Shown in pieces: positions 38,928 through 52,500 of a stretch of DNA of 64,000 nt. A model generated the notes under the pieces. That model saw nothing but the letters and a program-made list of their open reading frames with translations, was not told the origin of the DNA and ran no database searches. The DNA lies in NCBI GenBank assembly GCA_028023455.1, contig JAQFVV010000003.1, forward strand, positions 19,344,001 to 19,408,000, read 5' to 3'. The stretch is from Epiperipatus broadwayi. Lineage: Eukaryota; Animalia; Onychophora. The stretch's first letter is position 1. Every line of letters begins with the position of its first letter. Position numbers and translations under genes: made by a program.

Positions 38928-40397
38928 GGTACTTACGTAGTAGTCCTGCAACATAGGAGAGATCATATGCCTTTTCACATTCATGATAAATGTCTAATCT
39001 TGTGATCCCATCAAATAAGTCCTACAATCTCATCCAACATGATAAATTTACACTTTCATTTATTATCCAGATTTACTTCGGCCAAGTTCTTCTCAAGGTG
39101 TTTTTTACTTCAATGCTGATTTATTCTTGCCAATTTTCTGATTAATAATACAATTTTTTTCTTTTTTTTTAAACAGTACAAAATGTTGAACATTTGTTAT
39201 TGACCCACTACTGAGATCAATGCGGTCAATTACATTCATACTTTGAACAAGCAATACTGTTGTAACATTCGAGGATGTAATAATAAAATAGGACCTTATA
39301 AGGGAACATGGTTGGAGGGTTCCAGAATTCCATTTTTAATGATGATCCAATTTATTTACAACTGGAATTGCAAATTAACACCCATAGAATGGGGGGGGGG
39401 GGGGGCAGAGCTTGGTTTATCAGCAAAAATGTAAAATTGGAGACCCTAACAAAATCATTGAAATTGACAAGAGCTTTTTGCACAAAAAGAAAAAAACCAA
39501 GCCAGATGAATTGTTCTGAAACAGGGAGGACTGATTAATGTTTCATCATGAGAATTCACGGTAGAACAGTGGCAAATATGGAAGAGGAATCAATAATTCA
39601 TTCACATTGTTGGAGAGCCTATAAAACTGCAGAATTATGAGCTGCTGGTTACTGGCCATTTTCATGTGAATCATACTGGATGACATCAAAAAAATTAGTC
39701 CACCACATTGAAGAAATAATAAAAGTGTAGTAATTAATTTTTTTTTTTTAAAAAAAAATACACTTACTATTTATTAACATTTCTGGTGAAGATCCTGTGC
39801 AGGTATTATATTGCTCACCCACATGTTAAGTAAGTCTTCATTTTGGGAAAAATAAAAAATTTTACTTTTAGTTTCCATTTTGAAACAAAATTTTATAAAC
39901 ACTTAAAATAAAGTAGAACAGACAAATTGATTGTTTCATCATGACAATTCCTGTTATATATTACACAGTAAGTACCATATGTGTATATTTTAAGCATTTT
40001 GTAATTTAGTGATTGTTTTGTCTGTATTTAAAGTAATATTTGGGAATTGCATAAAACTTTTTCAGATTTATTTTTATGTGAAATTCATATTTTTAATATT
40101 GTTAGAAATCAATATTTTTAGTATTGTTAGATTTAGTCGGGTGCAATTACTGTCATATATTAGAACTGCTATACCTTTTCACATATGTATTCAGACTGTC
40201 CATAACTTTGTAAATCTTGCAAAAATATTATGTAAAAATGGTCAGTTTTGACAAATTTATCATCCTTAAGTTTATACAAGATCCAAGTGTACATGTTATT
40301 TGGTCACATCACAAAATTAGAAAGTTATTAGCTTATTGATACGAATGTAAAAAAACATAGCAAGGCTAATACATTGCAGGTCTATTACGTAAGTACA
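38928..40397 (+). mobile_element. Merlin (IS1595/ISXO2-like) DNA transposon, decayed
   Basis: About 24-bp TIRs GGTACTTACGTAGTAGTCCTGCAA / TTGCAGGTCTATTACGTAAGTACA. Perfect 8-bp TSD GAATTTAC (38920-38927, 40398-40405). Transposase remnants YKGTWLEGSRIP..IQFIYNW..ELGLS, IIEIDKSF and VNH. Confidence 0.9.
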
Positions 40398-43300
40398 GAA
40401 TTTACTTATACAAAACAATATTAATATAAAACTTACATAGTTTAATAAACAAGCAGTAGATCCCCCTCCCCCAATAAACAATATAATAAAGTAATGTATG
40501 TTATGCAGAAAAATGAAATAAAAGTAAAATATGTAATTGTCAGATGGTTAAATAATTTAGAAATTTAATTAAACAAATAAGAACAACAAAAATACTAATT
40601 AATTGTGCAAATATAAATTTACTTGTACAAATTACTTTTTTTTTTTTTTTAAAAAAAAAGAAGGCTACAAATAAACAGAGAAGGAAAAAAACTTGAATTT
40701 GATTATACAAAAATAAACAAAAAAAAAAAAAGAAAATGAGTTGTACAAAGTAATTTAAAAAAATAAAAAAAATTATGGGGAATGTTAAAAACCTGAGGTG
40801 TACAGAGATAGCACTTTATTTTTCTGCTTTCAAGCTAGATTTTGTTAGTTTAAAGAATTGATCTTGTTCATTAAAATTGTTTAAATTTTTTTAAAAGCAG
40901 CTGTATTATTATTTTGAGAAACACACACACAAAGTGATTATTTTAACTTCATTTGTTTATAAAAATATATATATAGCTAACCCTCATTACTTTTTTTTTA
41001 TGCTCCATTAATCTTATCTTTTGTTAATCATTATATTTGATAATCTGGTTGTGTTCGAATTAAGAATACATTAAAAAAAAATGGATTAATAACTTAAAGA
41101 ATTTGCTTAAAAATAAAAATTATATTATAAAGGAATTCCAAATTCACTCAATAAAGAGAATAGATAAATTATTCCTGAATTTCATTGTTTATACTTTTAA
41201 AGTGCAAGTATTAATATATTTTTATTTATTAACCATAGAAAATTAAAAGATCATTCTAAATCAAAATTCTAACAAAACAAAATTTCTTTCAAATATTTAT
41301 TAAAATTAAAATTAAATATTTAAGAAGACAAGAATTCATGAATATGCATTGTAGCGAAACACCAAATATTGTGTGATGAAATGCTGATGCTTTAACCGAA
41401 AAATGTAATTATATTTCCCACACAATGCCTAAAATATACATGTATTTTATCATCATTATTTCTAATGAAGAGACGATTGATAATGGAGTAACTTGGAGAA
41501 GAAAATACCAATTACACACAATATAAAGGATCTGAAAGGATAGAATAATTTGACTACTTTTGCGAAGAATGACTAACAAAGAACTTGGAATTTTATTATT
41601 CAAGAACGTTTTTCATCTCATCTAGGAAGGAAATACGGAACTATTATTCTATTCAATTTCTTGGAATATATTGATGTGTTATATAATCTCAACTTCTTAA
41701 CTTTATTTCCTTTGTTGTTTGAAATTGTTTATGTTGAGAATACTCTGTTTCATAAAGTTATTTATATCAAGATAAAGAGAAAATCATTAAGTGGAAAATT
41801 TTTTTATTTAATAAAATTTAGATCTTCTATATATTTTTCATTCTCCACATTGAATCTTACATGACATTACAGAATTTTGTTTATTACTAATATATTTAAC
41901 ATAGTAATATTTCTATAACTCTTTGTGTGAAAGACTAACCTCTTTGCGTGAAATTTTTTTATTTCATAATGTGACAACACACACAGGGATTTATTTATAA
42001 TACTAATGTTACTTTACAAGGATCTTATTATGTGTATCATTTTTGATACACATAATTTTGAATTTATACTTAGTTATATTATAATTTTTGAAATTTTAAA
42101 TTTTCATTATTGTTTTATAAATTATTGAAAAGTGTTCGTGTTATGATATTGAAACAGTCAGTTTTATCCACCTGCCTGTTTCACGTATTTTATGACCATA
42201 CCTATCTCTATGCCAGGTTTAAACCCTCTCAGAGTACCCATTTAAACAACCTTAAATTACTATATATGCAAAATTGCATTTATATATGCCAACAATAAGT
42301 TTGTAATTTAATAGTATACGTATATATTATATGTATCCATTTTATAAATATTTCTAGTTTAAGAAATATTTTAGTTTAAATTATTTAGCCAATTTTATTG
42401 TTATGCTATTGAAATAGCATATGTATATAAGCCATTTCCATTGTTATTCTGGATGTATGGTAATAAAATTAGTTTTCTACTAATTATCAAAGCAACTTGT
42501 TTTTTTTTTGTAAACAACTTTTAAATTAGGTCATGCAATAGTCCTAAAATAGCGTGAACTTAATTATCTAAAATATTAATAACAAAATTTGCAGAATTTT
42601 ATAGCATTGTCACAATAAACAGAAGAAAAAAACAACAGAAAAACAAAATCTAAATTAGTTTTCATAATTAAAAATGTGTTTGTAAAATGAAGTAATGGGT
42701 TTTTCTACTAGCTTTAGCAATTAAATATATTTTTCTAAAATAAATAAATGGACTTTTCAGCTATGGACAAGCTTGTAAAAATAAACAGGTGGCCAGAGTT
42801 AGAAAGGTATAAATACTTAAAGTTTTGTTGCCATAGATCATATATATAATAAGTGAATTGTAAACAGAACTCACGTTCGTTTTATCTTCAAAATGGTGGG
42901 GTAGTAGGCCATAACCTATCGCCTCTCTCCCGGATGGAAAAGAATTTTCGTCTGATAAAATATAATGCCGTACACCAGCAAAGCAGCCTGTGGAAAAACC
43001 TCCATTAACTTTAAATCATTGCCAAAAGTGTCAACTTATTATTGTCTCAAGTGCTCAAAACTGCAATGAAAACAGCTGACCGGTAAATTGATAAATTTTC
43101 ACTCAGAGCTCTGTTCATAAACTGAGACTTTCAATTCTTTCTTTTAAAACAAGCTATTTATTAAATCTTACTTTCCCAAACACCTTTCCTAAAATCTGCA
43201 AAGAAAACTGTTAAATGCTAATGTTTAAATCTTGTCTGCTTGTAAAACTTGTGATATTGAATTCTCTGTTAAAATGTAAAACTCTAATAATCTATTCTAA

Positions 43301-43747
43301 ACTAAATGTATAATTTTCTGCAGTCTTCTCTGCCTATTTCTAATCTATCCAATTTATTTTATAATTTTATAATTTTGATTTTATATGTATTTAATATGCC
43401 AAATAACTTGAAACAGTGAATATTTATAAGTATAATTTTAGCTTATCAATCTGCGAAGACAATTTCAAATCTTCGCTATAATAAATAATTGAATTATTAT
43501 TGTTCTCACTCGCTGTTTCAAGATCAGTTATTATTTTACTGATTAAATTTTGGGTATTAATATTACAATAATCAGTTATTTTCTAGTTAAAATTGTAGTT
43601 TGCTCAACTCTAGTTATAAGTTATAACTATTTCTATATGTAACTCATACATCATAGGAACTAGCCACAGAGATATTCTCAAAGCATATTTTAATGTTTTA
43701 TTTGTAATTATCCCTCAAATATGCTTTGTCCTCCTTAGATTTATATA

Positions 43748-45044
43748 TGTTGAGATGCAGGTGATAATCTTAAATTAGGTTACTAATTAAGTTAGTCCCT
43801 TTGAAATACTAAATTTGAGAACTGGGTTGTATAGATATGCAAATAGACGTTATCTATTTTTATGGCACGATAATATAATTTTATATATTTGCATTATATA
43901 TATGTATAAGTTGCGGATGTGTCCTTACTAAGTATGCAATGTACAATTATCTGCTTGCTGCATGATTCTTGATGAGTTGCTGGTGGAGATCACACTTATT
44001 CACTTAGTTCGGGTAAAGCACACACTTTTAGAACTAGGGCACAAGAACCTAGATTATGCATAATTAATGCTTATCCAACTCTCTGAACTACTAATGTTCC
44101 TATTCGTAGCAAGTTGAGCGGTTGTAGGGCAACCGAGCCTTTGGAGGCTGAAGCCCGCGAATAATGACCCATTCACACCTTTTAGTTTTATTAATATTTT
44201 AATATGTGCCATAGAGAACATAGGTAAACCTATAATAAACCAATTTTCTCTCCCTTTATATTAAACGCTTATCTAGCGTCAGTGTATATCCTAATCTAGG
44301 TTAACACATTAACCTGCATATCTCTAAGTCTAATTATGTGCTTGACTTAACTAGTATATAGATAGATCCTACAGGAGCGCTATTAAGTTAGTTATATAAC
44401 TTTGGCTATTAAGTTCCATATGATTTAGCAGACTACATAAGAGCTAGAAATTTGGCATATTAATATAGGCATAAACTTCAATATACTGCATTACACTTTA
44501 TTGAACACTTATAATGAGATAATATGAAACATTAATCTCATTAGTTATGCAACACCTGTGTGTGCAATCTAATTGTGTATATTTTGATTTACTATTTGTT
44601 ATTGTTTTATTAAATTAATAATATTTAAAATTATAACTCGTTTTCATATCTTTATTGTCCGTGAGTTCATTTTATCCAACTCTAGATTTAATTGCACATA
44701 CATCATTATATCTGTATGTAAATCATTCTATTAAATTTCATAATCAATCATTGATATATTAATTAATCATTTAGTCATATGTGTGTATATCTGACCAAAT
44801 CAGTGTTAAATCAGTTAATTTACGGGTCTCTTGTTTTACCCTGAGTGATTGCTGGACCATGGTTAAACTGAATGTCTGTGTAAGTTGAGAAGTGTCAGCC
44901 ATAGGGTATTAGATCATTGAGCAGAGGTGAAAGGATTGAATGTTGGCTGGATTCTGGATCCCAGCATCCGTATTCGATCAGCTTTAGTGTATTTGGCCTG
45001 TATTCTAGATTTTGTTACATGGAGGGACAATTCTTACCGTTACA
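43748..45044. mobile_element. Possible solo LTR (about 1.3 kb)
   Basis: TGT...ACA termini with ATATA on both flanks, less AT-skewed than its surroundings and without ORFs. The low-complexity flanks make the TSD weak, and an alternative left end exists at 43703 (TGTAA). Confidence 0.4.
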
Positions 45045-45671
45045 ATATATATTACTATTATGGAAATAAGGGAAGGTTATAATTAATTTAATGCTATACA
45101 TAATAGAAATATACGCAAACATGCATTATAATAAAAAAAAATTTGTTTGTTATATAAAATCTTTTCATATTGTTACTTATTAATAAATATGTTTTAAATT
45201 TAGGCAGGTTTCTTATTTATTTGATTTATTAAGTTATTTTACCAAACAAATATTTATAAGTGCATATACTCACGCATATTTGTCATATCAATTTAATATC
45301 TTAATATTATTAAATAAATTATTTTAAGAATAATTTATTGAATTAAATACTACTATGAAATTTTGGGTAATGCCTGAAAAGAGTTAAATGCAACATCTGC
45401 CCTGAGTTCGAATTCTGAGCATAATGGTATCATCAACCAAGATAGAAATTGAATGAATTAATCTAATTTTGCATCGGTATTAAATAATTTAATGTTAAAT
45501 TATTTTGTTTAATGCAGATTTAGTTTTAGATTATAATTACATTGTTTCAGCCATGGCATTTTATACGAAGACCCTAAGTCTGACTATAATTAGATGCAAC
45601 TACTTCAATTCCTGAAAAAGGATCGTACCGTTACACTAAGCATCAAATTTATTGCTTAATATTTTCTCAAT

Positions 45672-47030
45672 AGTGATGTGATGTATTTGGCTTCTCCTTA
45701 AACGAAGTCAAGAATATCTCAGCAACTATGCCCAGATAAACCTGTTAGCCACTTTATTTTCCATTCCCCACTCTAAGTCTTCCCATATTCTGCACCATCC
45801 CATTTCCACAACATGATCTTTGTCAACTCTATGGCCTTTAAATCTAAATCCCCCTTATCTTTTTGCAAACCCAGCATAAAAGCTAATAACTCACTTTCTG
45901 TATAGTCACTTTGTTCATACCTATTCTCCCATAACTTCTTTATCTGTACCCTTTCTGCTTTCAAGCATTTACATTCAATGAATAGATGCCTAATACTTTC
46001 TATACCTTCCTTACATAATTTGCACGCTAAATCACCCATAGTTTTCCATTTACATTTATATTCTCTTGTTGCTAAAGATCCTGTTCGAGCCTTAAACAAT
46101 AAACTACTTTCCTTACTATTATCATAAATTAACTCACTTCCAATATTCCGTTTACTTCTATATATATATATTTAAACTCTTTTTACCCTCCATACTACTT
46201 CAACATCTCTCCAACTCCCTATTTTTTATTAATGCTTCTATTCTTTTATCCTATCCCTTACCACTATAACACTCAACAATCCTCCTAACACAATCATCCC
46301 ATCTTTTATACAAGTATACCGATATAAATTCTTTATCCAAATCTTTTGCATACCGCATTATCTTTCTCACCCATCTTGTTACCTGCCCTTTACTCATAAC
46401 CCAATTAACCACTATTTTGGCTATTCTTTTATTATCCATAAACTGCAACCTACCAAACATTTTCATTTTACTTTTTGCATCTCTCATATAGAAACTTGAC
46501 CATCCCATTTCTCCTTGAATTGCCTTCTTTGCCGTCCACACCTCTGCATCTAATGCATGTCTTCCTACTTCCCTTTGTACTTTCTCTAAATAATCTAAAA
46601 TCCTATTACTAACACATAATGCATCATTACCATATGTTAACCCTGCTACTGCAACTCCCTTCCATACAATTCTAGCTACATCATATTTATTATATGAAAA
46701 TACTGTTAGTTTCTTTACCAAACCCTTTCTTTTCTTTGCTTCATTTACTAATTTTTTCTCCCATTCATCCAAGCAATTTTCCTGATTACATAAGATGATT
46801 CCCAAATACCTATATCTATCCACCACACTTAACTTTATATCCCCCAATAAAAAATCTACATCCTCTCTTTCCCCAGTATTAACCATCATTATATTTGATT
46901 TTTCTTCACTAAATTTAATCCCCATCTCTTTACCCACCCTTGCACATGTCCTCAACATAATATCCATATCTTCTCTTCTTTCTGCACATAAAAGGATATC
47001 ATCCGCAAAAAAAAAAAGACCCGACAAAGT
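45672..47030 (-). mobile_element. 5'-truncated non-LTR retrotransposon (RT C-terminus and CCHC zinc knuckle)
   Basis: ORF 46251-47027 has FADDILL and YRYLGI. Downstream ORF 45773-46099 has LFKARTGSL and CKLCKEGIESIRHLFIEC. The 3' end may be the CATCACATCAC repeat near 45672. Clade not assigned. Confidence 0.88.
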
Positions 47031-47889
47031 ATATAGTGTTCAGAGTCTTCAAGTGGCTCTTCCAAGTGACAACAAGTGTCCCTGAGTACCTTCTAAATAT
47101 GCAATCTATACGGAAAATTTGACTTATATAAAATTTGATCAAACAAAAATCACAGATCACTTCTTATGTAAATAGAATATTGCTTATATGTGTGTGTGTG
47201 TAATCATCTTTTAAAACTGCTGGTCATTGAGACAGAAATCAAGTAAGTATTATACTAATCAGAATTCAGAGTTAAAGAAACACATACTTAGAAGTTCACT
47301 GATAAAAAAAGCCATTATTCCACATCGATCAGTTAAATAATAAAAATAAAAATAACAGCTAAAGTTTGATGACGTATTAAACATTTTTTTTTGATAGCTT
47401 TAGTCTAAGATAGTGGAAGGGGGGTGGGGGTGAGAATAAACAAAACTGGGTGCAGTATCATTAATTCAGCATTCAATGGCTTCAAAGTCTTTTTAAATTA
47501 GCAATTATTTTCGATTTACTACTGAAAACTTGAAGCAAATACTAAAAATAATACTTATAAACTTTTATATATATATTCTGATACGTATATATTAACTGAA
47601 ATCTATTAGAAAAAAAGTTTTTTTTAAATTTTTTATCCCTATCTAATTCTTTCTGTGATCATTATATTCTATAGAAAGATTAAAAACTTGTTTTTATCAC
47701 TAAGAAAAATAAAACTGTTTTAAAAATATGAAAATATGTCCTTAGATCAAGTCATTATCATCATCATTGCTAGCAGACATTGATAAACAACAAATAAGGC
47801 CATTCTAAGTCCAGAAAAAAAAAAAAAAATAGAAAGGTAAAAATAAAAGTTAAAGATTAGTTTTGCAATGCACTCCTTGATTTGGTGCA

Positions 47890-48120
47890 GTAGAAATGGC
47901 AGACTTAGGCGCTCAAAATTCACAGATCAAGTCCAGCCCTATAATTTCCAGCACTCAAACATCTTGCGAATTCCTGAATAATAAAGTTATTCAATTATTT
48001 ATCTATTTAATTTTGCGATGGCTATATAAACCATTCTGCAAATCCATAAGTATGCCCACATATATCACATGCTGGTTGTCTAATTTGTCTCACATCAATT
48101 AGGCTCATTAATTTACAGGA
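47890..48120 (-). mobile_element. RTE C-terminal zinc-finger remnant
   Basis: PACDICGHTY then, after a frameshift, NGLYSHRK, resembling the RTE C..CGR.C.SRIGL.SH motif. Similar to the remnant near 57640-57700. Confidence 0.55.
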
Positions 48121-49602
48121 ATCAGTTTAAAATTGTTTTTCCTTTCATTTTATTTTAAAATGTTTGTGTATATACTAATTTATTTGCTCAAATGTAGGCG
48201 CATTCAAGATTAAATTTAAAAAATATTGCTAAAGCAAATTCTAATTCTTGCTAAAATAATAGTTATGAAAATTCGCCCCACCCTTTATATTTTATCAGTA
48301 ATGTAGAGAGGTTGGCAGCCTCTGAGAGTCCGATTAACAACATTGTACTATATATTTGAAAAGACATCAATACGTTTTTAGAGGCAGAAATATATATTTA
48401 AAAATGATAATCAGAATTATTTGAGCAATGATCCAGGATTCAAAAGATATTAACATTACAAAGGATAGAAATAAATATTATTTTAAATCGTACTGCTAGC
48501 AAAGAGTTTCATAGACTGCAAGAAAAATGAACAAGTCAGAATAAATCTGAACTCTCAATTGACGTACAAGTTGTTCTAATCTAATTTATTACTTGAAACG
48601 AATGATGATGAAAGAAGAGGATGATCAAAAATAAGATGGATGGTCTCCATCATTAAATTAAGGCTTTATCTTTGAGCAATTAACAAACAAACGGATGATA
48701 ATTTAAGGTCATTTTATAATTATATATATATAATCTAATTGATATTTACAGATTATTTATAATCTGAATAGAATAAATTTAGTAAACATGTAGGATATTT
48801 CTGGATCATTCATATGTGGTGGTGATGGGATACGTAAATCTAATTGAACGACATAGTTATGCTTTGTTTTTATATTGATGTTCAGACGTTACTCGAGCAC
48901 TCAATCAAATATCTGTATGATATATATGAAAAAATCAATTGTTGAGAAACTACATCACATATCCTTTATGATAAAATGAGAATAAATTTAATTTTAAAAA
49001 TTCTTTTAGGATTCTATCAACTCAATTTTTACAAAAACTCAACAAGTATGTTTACTTCTAATTAAATTAACATATTTTTAATCACGTATAGGCAGAAAGT
49101 ATTTTTTATAAAGCAAAACTTTAAAAAATTTACGATTATGTGTTTGTAATTTGAAAAAAGAATCACAAATCAATTCAATCTTTAAACTAATAGATTTTAG
49201 ATAACCTAGTGGAAAATTTAGGAAACTCATTTAACTTTCAGTAGTATTAATTTCTCAACTTGAAATACTTTGCATCCTTTACTGGAAGTCATATTAAGCT
49301 ATAGACAGTTATCTATACATCTTGTGTTAGCGATATTATAGCGTAAAAGTAGGTTAAGATCAGTTTATAGTTTAGGAAGAAGAGATGTGAAGAAATCTAA
49401 TCCTGTTTCTTCCTTTCAAGATTTTAAGAAAAGATTTTAAAAAGTAAGACTTCTTTTTTACTTTTCGTTTTCATTTTTCAAAAGTAAAATTTAAACCATC
49501 TTACACTAATTTAATTCAGTTTAAAACAAATCAATATTAATAATATATCGTATATATATGGTATTGATAAAAAAAAATTGGTAAATAAAAATAATAAAAG
49601 TG

Positions 49603-49650
49603 TGACATTTGACCTTTTAGCAATCGCAAACCTCTGTGCGGTTGACCTTT
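49603..49650. promoter_or_regulatory. DR1-like nuclear receptor element plus extra extended half-site
   Basis: TGACAT-T-TGACCT at 49603-49615 and TGACCTTT at 49643-49650, inside a CpG-retaining patch (49600-49830). Motif match only. Confidence 0.35.
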
Positions 49651-51054
49651 ACTTTCAAAGGAAATTACAGCAATAAGAGCTGTAAATGTCAGGCGGTTTC
49701 ACCTCTGCAGACCCCCAACATTATAGCAATGCGCACACTGCAATCCTGGTTTATAACTTCCTCTCGTCTCCCAGACGATTCATCAATGAAAGAAATAACC
49801 CTTACTAAACCGTATTAATAATATCATATTGGGGAGGGGATAATAAGACAATTCTTTTGTAAAATATGTCAACAACATTTATAAATTAAAAATAATGTGC
49901 AAATGATTATGATCGCACATACATTTTTTAAAAACATAGTTCAAATCAATAAAGAAATTCCTAACGTAGACATTAGCGAGCATCCACCTATTTGAACTCG
50001 GGTGGAATTTTGAATTTTTTTTCAATTAGTCGACTCCAACTGACTATCAAATTATAGGGCAGAAAATATGTATATGACTATTCTTTGTTAGGAAGAAGAA
50101 ACCATTACCAAATATGGCTCCATAGGCGAATGCCATCTTAATTAGTGATAAAGACTGCATCATATTATTATCAGTCAATAAATATTCAATTGATAACCCC
50201 AGATTAACCAGTGCCAATAGCCTCAAACAAAAAATAATATCTATTTACAAGCCAGAACTGATTCACTTGCTGTGGTGACTTTTTTTTTAAAAAAAATTAA
50301 ATCTACTTATGATCTGAAATTTTTTTTCAATAATCACATGACTTGGATCAAACCCTATGTCATGGATATAGTAGCTGAATTTGCTTTCAAAAGATTTTTT
50401 AAAATTAATTTATTTGATGAGAAATGTCTTTATCACTCCTTTATGAAGGAAAACTACAAATTTTAGCCAGCCAGTGAGATATTTAAAGTTCATGATTACA
50501 TATGAGATGAATTCTCCTTAGGAGTAAGCTGGTCTGAATGTTAGGAAAATATGGACATGACAGATAAAAAATAAAAACAAAGACATTATTTTCAATGATT
50601 TAGATGGGTGTATATTTTTTCTTCAAGCAATTGTAGCCATTTTTCTGCACATAACATCATTGTCTTCTATTATAACAAATCATGACTCTCACATTTTTAT
50701 TTTTCATAATCTCATTCACATTATCTTCCTTCATTTCTCTGAAATGATCATTTTGCATCTTTTCCATTGTCATTCTTTTCAAATTACATAAGTTGACCCT
50801 TTGTGCATCATCTGCTATCTCTCTCTCTCCATCACCAGAGAGCAAAAGTTTCCCTGGTATCTCTCAATGAGTGTTGAAAAATATTAAAAAATAGAAACCA
50901 TTCTCCAGGCTAGTCAACTACTTATTAATGATGTTTTTTTATGATTATCATTACAATGAAGCCATGGATTATGTTGTATCAAACTTATGCTAAAAAAATG
51001 TAAATAAACAAAACAAACAATAAAAACATTGAAATATACAAACTTATTAAATTT

Positions 51055-51187
51055 TGACCAATGACAATACTAGCATGGGATTCGAACCTGGGTCCTTAAA
51101 TTTGTGGCTAGAGCATTACCTTAAAATTCAAAGCTCAAGAATTTAAGGACCCAGGTTAGAATCCCATGCTAGTACTATCACTGGTCA
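51055..51187. repeat. Hairpin made from a tRNA-derived SINE head
   Basis: 48-bp arms carrying GGATTCGAACC and GGTTAGAATCC (B box). The loop has GCTAGAGCATTACCTTAAAATT, similar to the A-box-adjacent sequence of the 22091 foldback. Confidence 0.85.
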
Positions 51188-51195
51188 GCCAGCAA

Positions 51196-51238
51196 CACCT
51201 GAAGAAGAGGGGAGACTAATACCTCTCAAAACGTTGTG
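51196..51238 (+). ncRNA. Decayed minimal hammerhead-like motif
   Basis: CAC-CTGAAGA-A-GAGGGG-agactaata-CCTCTC-AAAA-CGT-T-GTG. Core and stem II are present. G12 is changed to A at a former CpG, and stem I is only 3 bp. Confidence 0.45.
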
Positions 51239-51399
51239 CATATACTAACCCGTTTGATATGCTATTACTAACAGTTGAAGGTATTTGGAATATTTAAATA
51301 AAGTTAAATTTTTCTGAAGACATTCAATACATATATTAATTAGATGATGAGAATAGTCCAACATAAAAATACAAATAGACTAATTCTGATACTATAAGC

Positions 51400-51766
51400 C
51401 AGGGGTTCCCAACCTTTTTGACCTGAAGAGCACATTCTATAATACCGGCCAGGTGGCAGGCACATTTTATTTTTTCAATGTAAATTTATAGTTGGATATT
51501 GTTAATAATACACATAATGTACAAAAAAATATTTATTTAAAAAATAAAATTTTAACATAAAATTAACGTTTATATTTTTATGCTGTAAAAGTATAGTATG
51601 ACCTACAATTTGATTACAATATAATACAATAATTTATAAGAATTTTAAAAATTAAATTTATTTGTATCAGATAAATAATTTTTTATCGTGTTCGGATAGC
51701 AGCGGGCACACGTAAAATGATCTATGGGCGCCATGGTACCCGCGGGCATAGGGTTGGGGACCCCTG
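51400..51766. mobile_element. hAT (Charlie-like) MITE, 367 bp
   Basis: TIRs CAGGGGTTCCCAACC / GGTTGGGGACCCCTG. Perfect 8-bp TSD CTATAAGC (51392-51399, 51767-51774). Confidence 0.93.
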
Positions 51767-51849
51767 CTATAAGCAATGCTGCACATTATATAATAAAATG
51801 GGAGTTATTTATACATTTAGAAATCTTCTTGCTCTCAAAAACTAGAATA

Positions 51850-52500
51850 AAATCGTTTGTCTGTGTTCTGAGAACATAGTAAAATGGTTTGGATTACCTT
51901 AAAAAAAATTTTAGGGAAGAAATTGAATTTAGAAAAGCTGCTGCTACTAAATGATGCACCTGGTCAGTCTAAATCTGTTTGCTATCAAAATGTAGAGATT
52001 GCCTTAATCTCTTGCCATTATATCATATGTTAAGGACATATACACCTAACAATTATTTGATCATATTTGCTCAATCCCTAGTATCAATATCTAATGCTCA
52101 ATTAATAAAATGCAGGAAATTATTCAACAAAAGTTATAAAACTGATGGCAAATGAATTAAAATCAAAAACTGTAAATGCCTGTTGAAAGAATGTATTGGA
52201 GTGTGATTATTAATGGCTTTGAAAAATTTTCAAAGAATAATGCAGAAATTAAAAAAAAAGTATTCAGGCATCATAAGAACTTGGGGGAGATGGATTTGTT
52301 GATATGCTCGATAAAAAAGTTATGGATCCTATTGAAAGCCATACTAAAAGTTGACTAACAAATTCATGAGTTGAAAGATCTTGTTACAATATTAGAAAAG
52401 AAAGAGGGGAAGGGAAATCAAAGAAGAAAAGGAATCACTAAGACACAAGAAAAACTGTAAAATGTTTACAGATTTTAAAGAAATAAAATTCTGAAAAATG
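51850..52500 (+). mobile_element. pogo/Tigger-type transposase remnant
   Basis: KLLLLNDAPGQ (cf. LLLLDNAPGH) near 51935 and ELKSKTVNAC*KN near 52155, with many stops and indels. Confidence 0.6.

Noticed and set aside
38937-39150. Minus-strand exon ending in a strong GTAAGT donor
   Set aside because: The donor-like sequence is the Merlin left TIR, mirrored at 40386-40397.
41350-41425. C/D snoRNA or type-II hammerhead (GTGATGA, CTGA, GAAA, terminal TTGTGTG/CACACAA stem)
   Set aside because: No D box before the closing stem. The hammerhead core lacks the final GA, and the cleavage position would be G.
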